Shown here one piece after another: positions 62,964 to 64,000 of a stretch of DNA of 64,000 nt (positions are counted from its first letter, which is position 1; each line of letters begins with the position of its first letter). A program made the translations under genes and the position numbers. The notes beneath the pieces are model-generated. The model saw only the letters and a program-made list of their open reading frames with translations. It was not told where the DNA came from and did no database searches. The stretch covers positions 197,534,001 to 197,598,000 of the forward strand of contig NC_058368.1 in the NCBI RefSeq assembly GCF_018350175.1, written 5' to 3'. Source of the DNA: Felis catus. Taxonomy: Eukaryota.

Positions 62964-64000
62964 TGAGCAGAGATTCTTAAAGAAGGGCCTTAATGAGGAT
63001 TTACTGAAGAGACATTTTAAAATTTGAGGGCATAATTCACAACCCAGGCAGTTCCTATTTAGGACGTCTGCGGTCAGGGCTAGTCATGTGCGTCGTGAAC
63101 ATGCTCCCTGGGGTATTCTGATGCTCGGTCCTGACTTTATTAACTACTTCACTGACCTGCCTGTTGGGCTCCCTGGACACCTCTCTCTCCTTTTCTCGTT
63201 GAGGTTAGTGGGCTCCTTGAAATGTGGCCAGAAATAGCTTTGTGAGAAACCTCTACTCCCCACTTAGGGCTTTGTTACTCGGTTGTTTCTTCCTCCTCTG
63301 AATTCTTCCAGCACTTTCTCTGGCTCACGCAACACTTATCGCCATGTTCTGTATCAGAGTTATTTATGAACACGTCTTATCTCCCAACACACAAGCCCCC
63401 AAAAGGCTGAGACTCTGAGACACCCAGAGGTCACTCTCCGGAGCCCTCGGATTGCATCCCATCTGTAGATCTGTTTTACTTGGCCCTCAGAGTATTTAAA
63501 ACTTTTTTGATTCCCTTGGCAGCTTTTAAAATTCAAGAGGTATTCCTCCCACCCCGTACTGTCCCCCTAAATAGAATGACCACTGCGCAGTGATTTTTTT
63601 TTTTTTTGGTTGAAACATCTGAAGTCCTGTCAACACGGGCCGCACATTCCTGCATTGCCACTGTTGACTACAGCTGATAGCAGTTTCTGTTTGGGAATGC
63701 AGACTGTGTTCTCCAGTTCACCACAGTCCCCACCATGCCCGACTGGCCTCCGCTGGGCTGCTTCTCTCTTTAACATATCTCTCCTGGCACCTGTTAGCCC
63801 TTGAATGGGTAACCCCGTTAAGCACCTTCGATTTCTACTCCGCACATGCCTTTTTATAGGTGCTTCATAAATATCTGTCACATGGCAAAAATGAAAAGCT
63901 AAAACTGCACCAGGAGATGGGTACTTAAGTAGGCTTCTTCCTCTAAGCTGCCAGATATGAGTTCATAAGACAAACAAAAAAGAGTCTATTAGACTTTGTA

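Overview
Mammalian, almost certainly felid, genomic DNA (cat-type Can-SINEs and a cat-like ADRB2 protein). The only supportable protein-coding gene is the intronless beta-2 adrenergic receptor ADRB2 on the minus strand: ATG at 747, codons 1-249 visible, CDS runs off the left edge, so the ORF track missed it. It is preceded by its 19-codon upstream ORF (800-859) and a CpG-island promoter with a CRE-like site, CCAAT and GC boxes, a (CCCCT)8 tract and a (CG)9(CA)5 Z-DNA-prone tract. The remaining ~62 kb is upstream intergenic DNA with about 31 carnivore SINEs, L1/L2/MIR remnants, MaLR and ERVL LTRs, DNA-transposon fossils and microsatellites. I found no evidence of a new gene or biological system; nearly all listed ORFs are repeat or antisense artefacts. 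The most notable items are: an intact ERV1-type solo LTR (44071-44448) next to a CpG-rich enhancer-like segment, a twin-primed 5'-inverted L1, two sites hit serially by several retroelements, a close inverted pair of young SINEs, and an AT-rich palindromic repeat inside a MIR. Repeat family names come from recall of consensus sequences, not a database search, and boundaries of old repeats are approximate.
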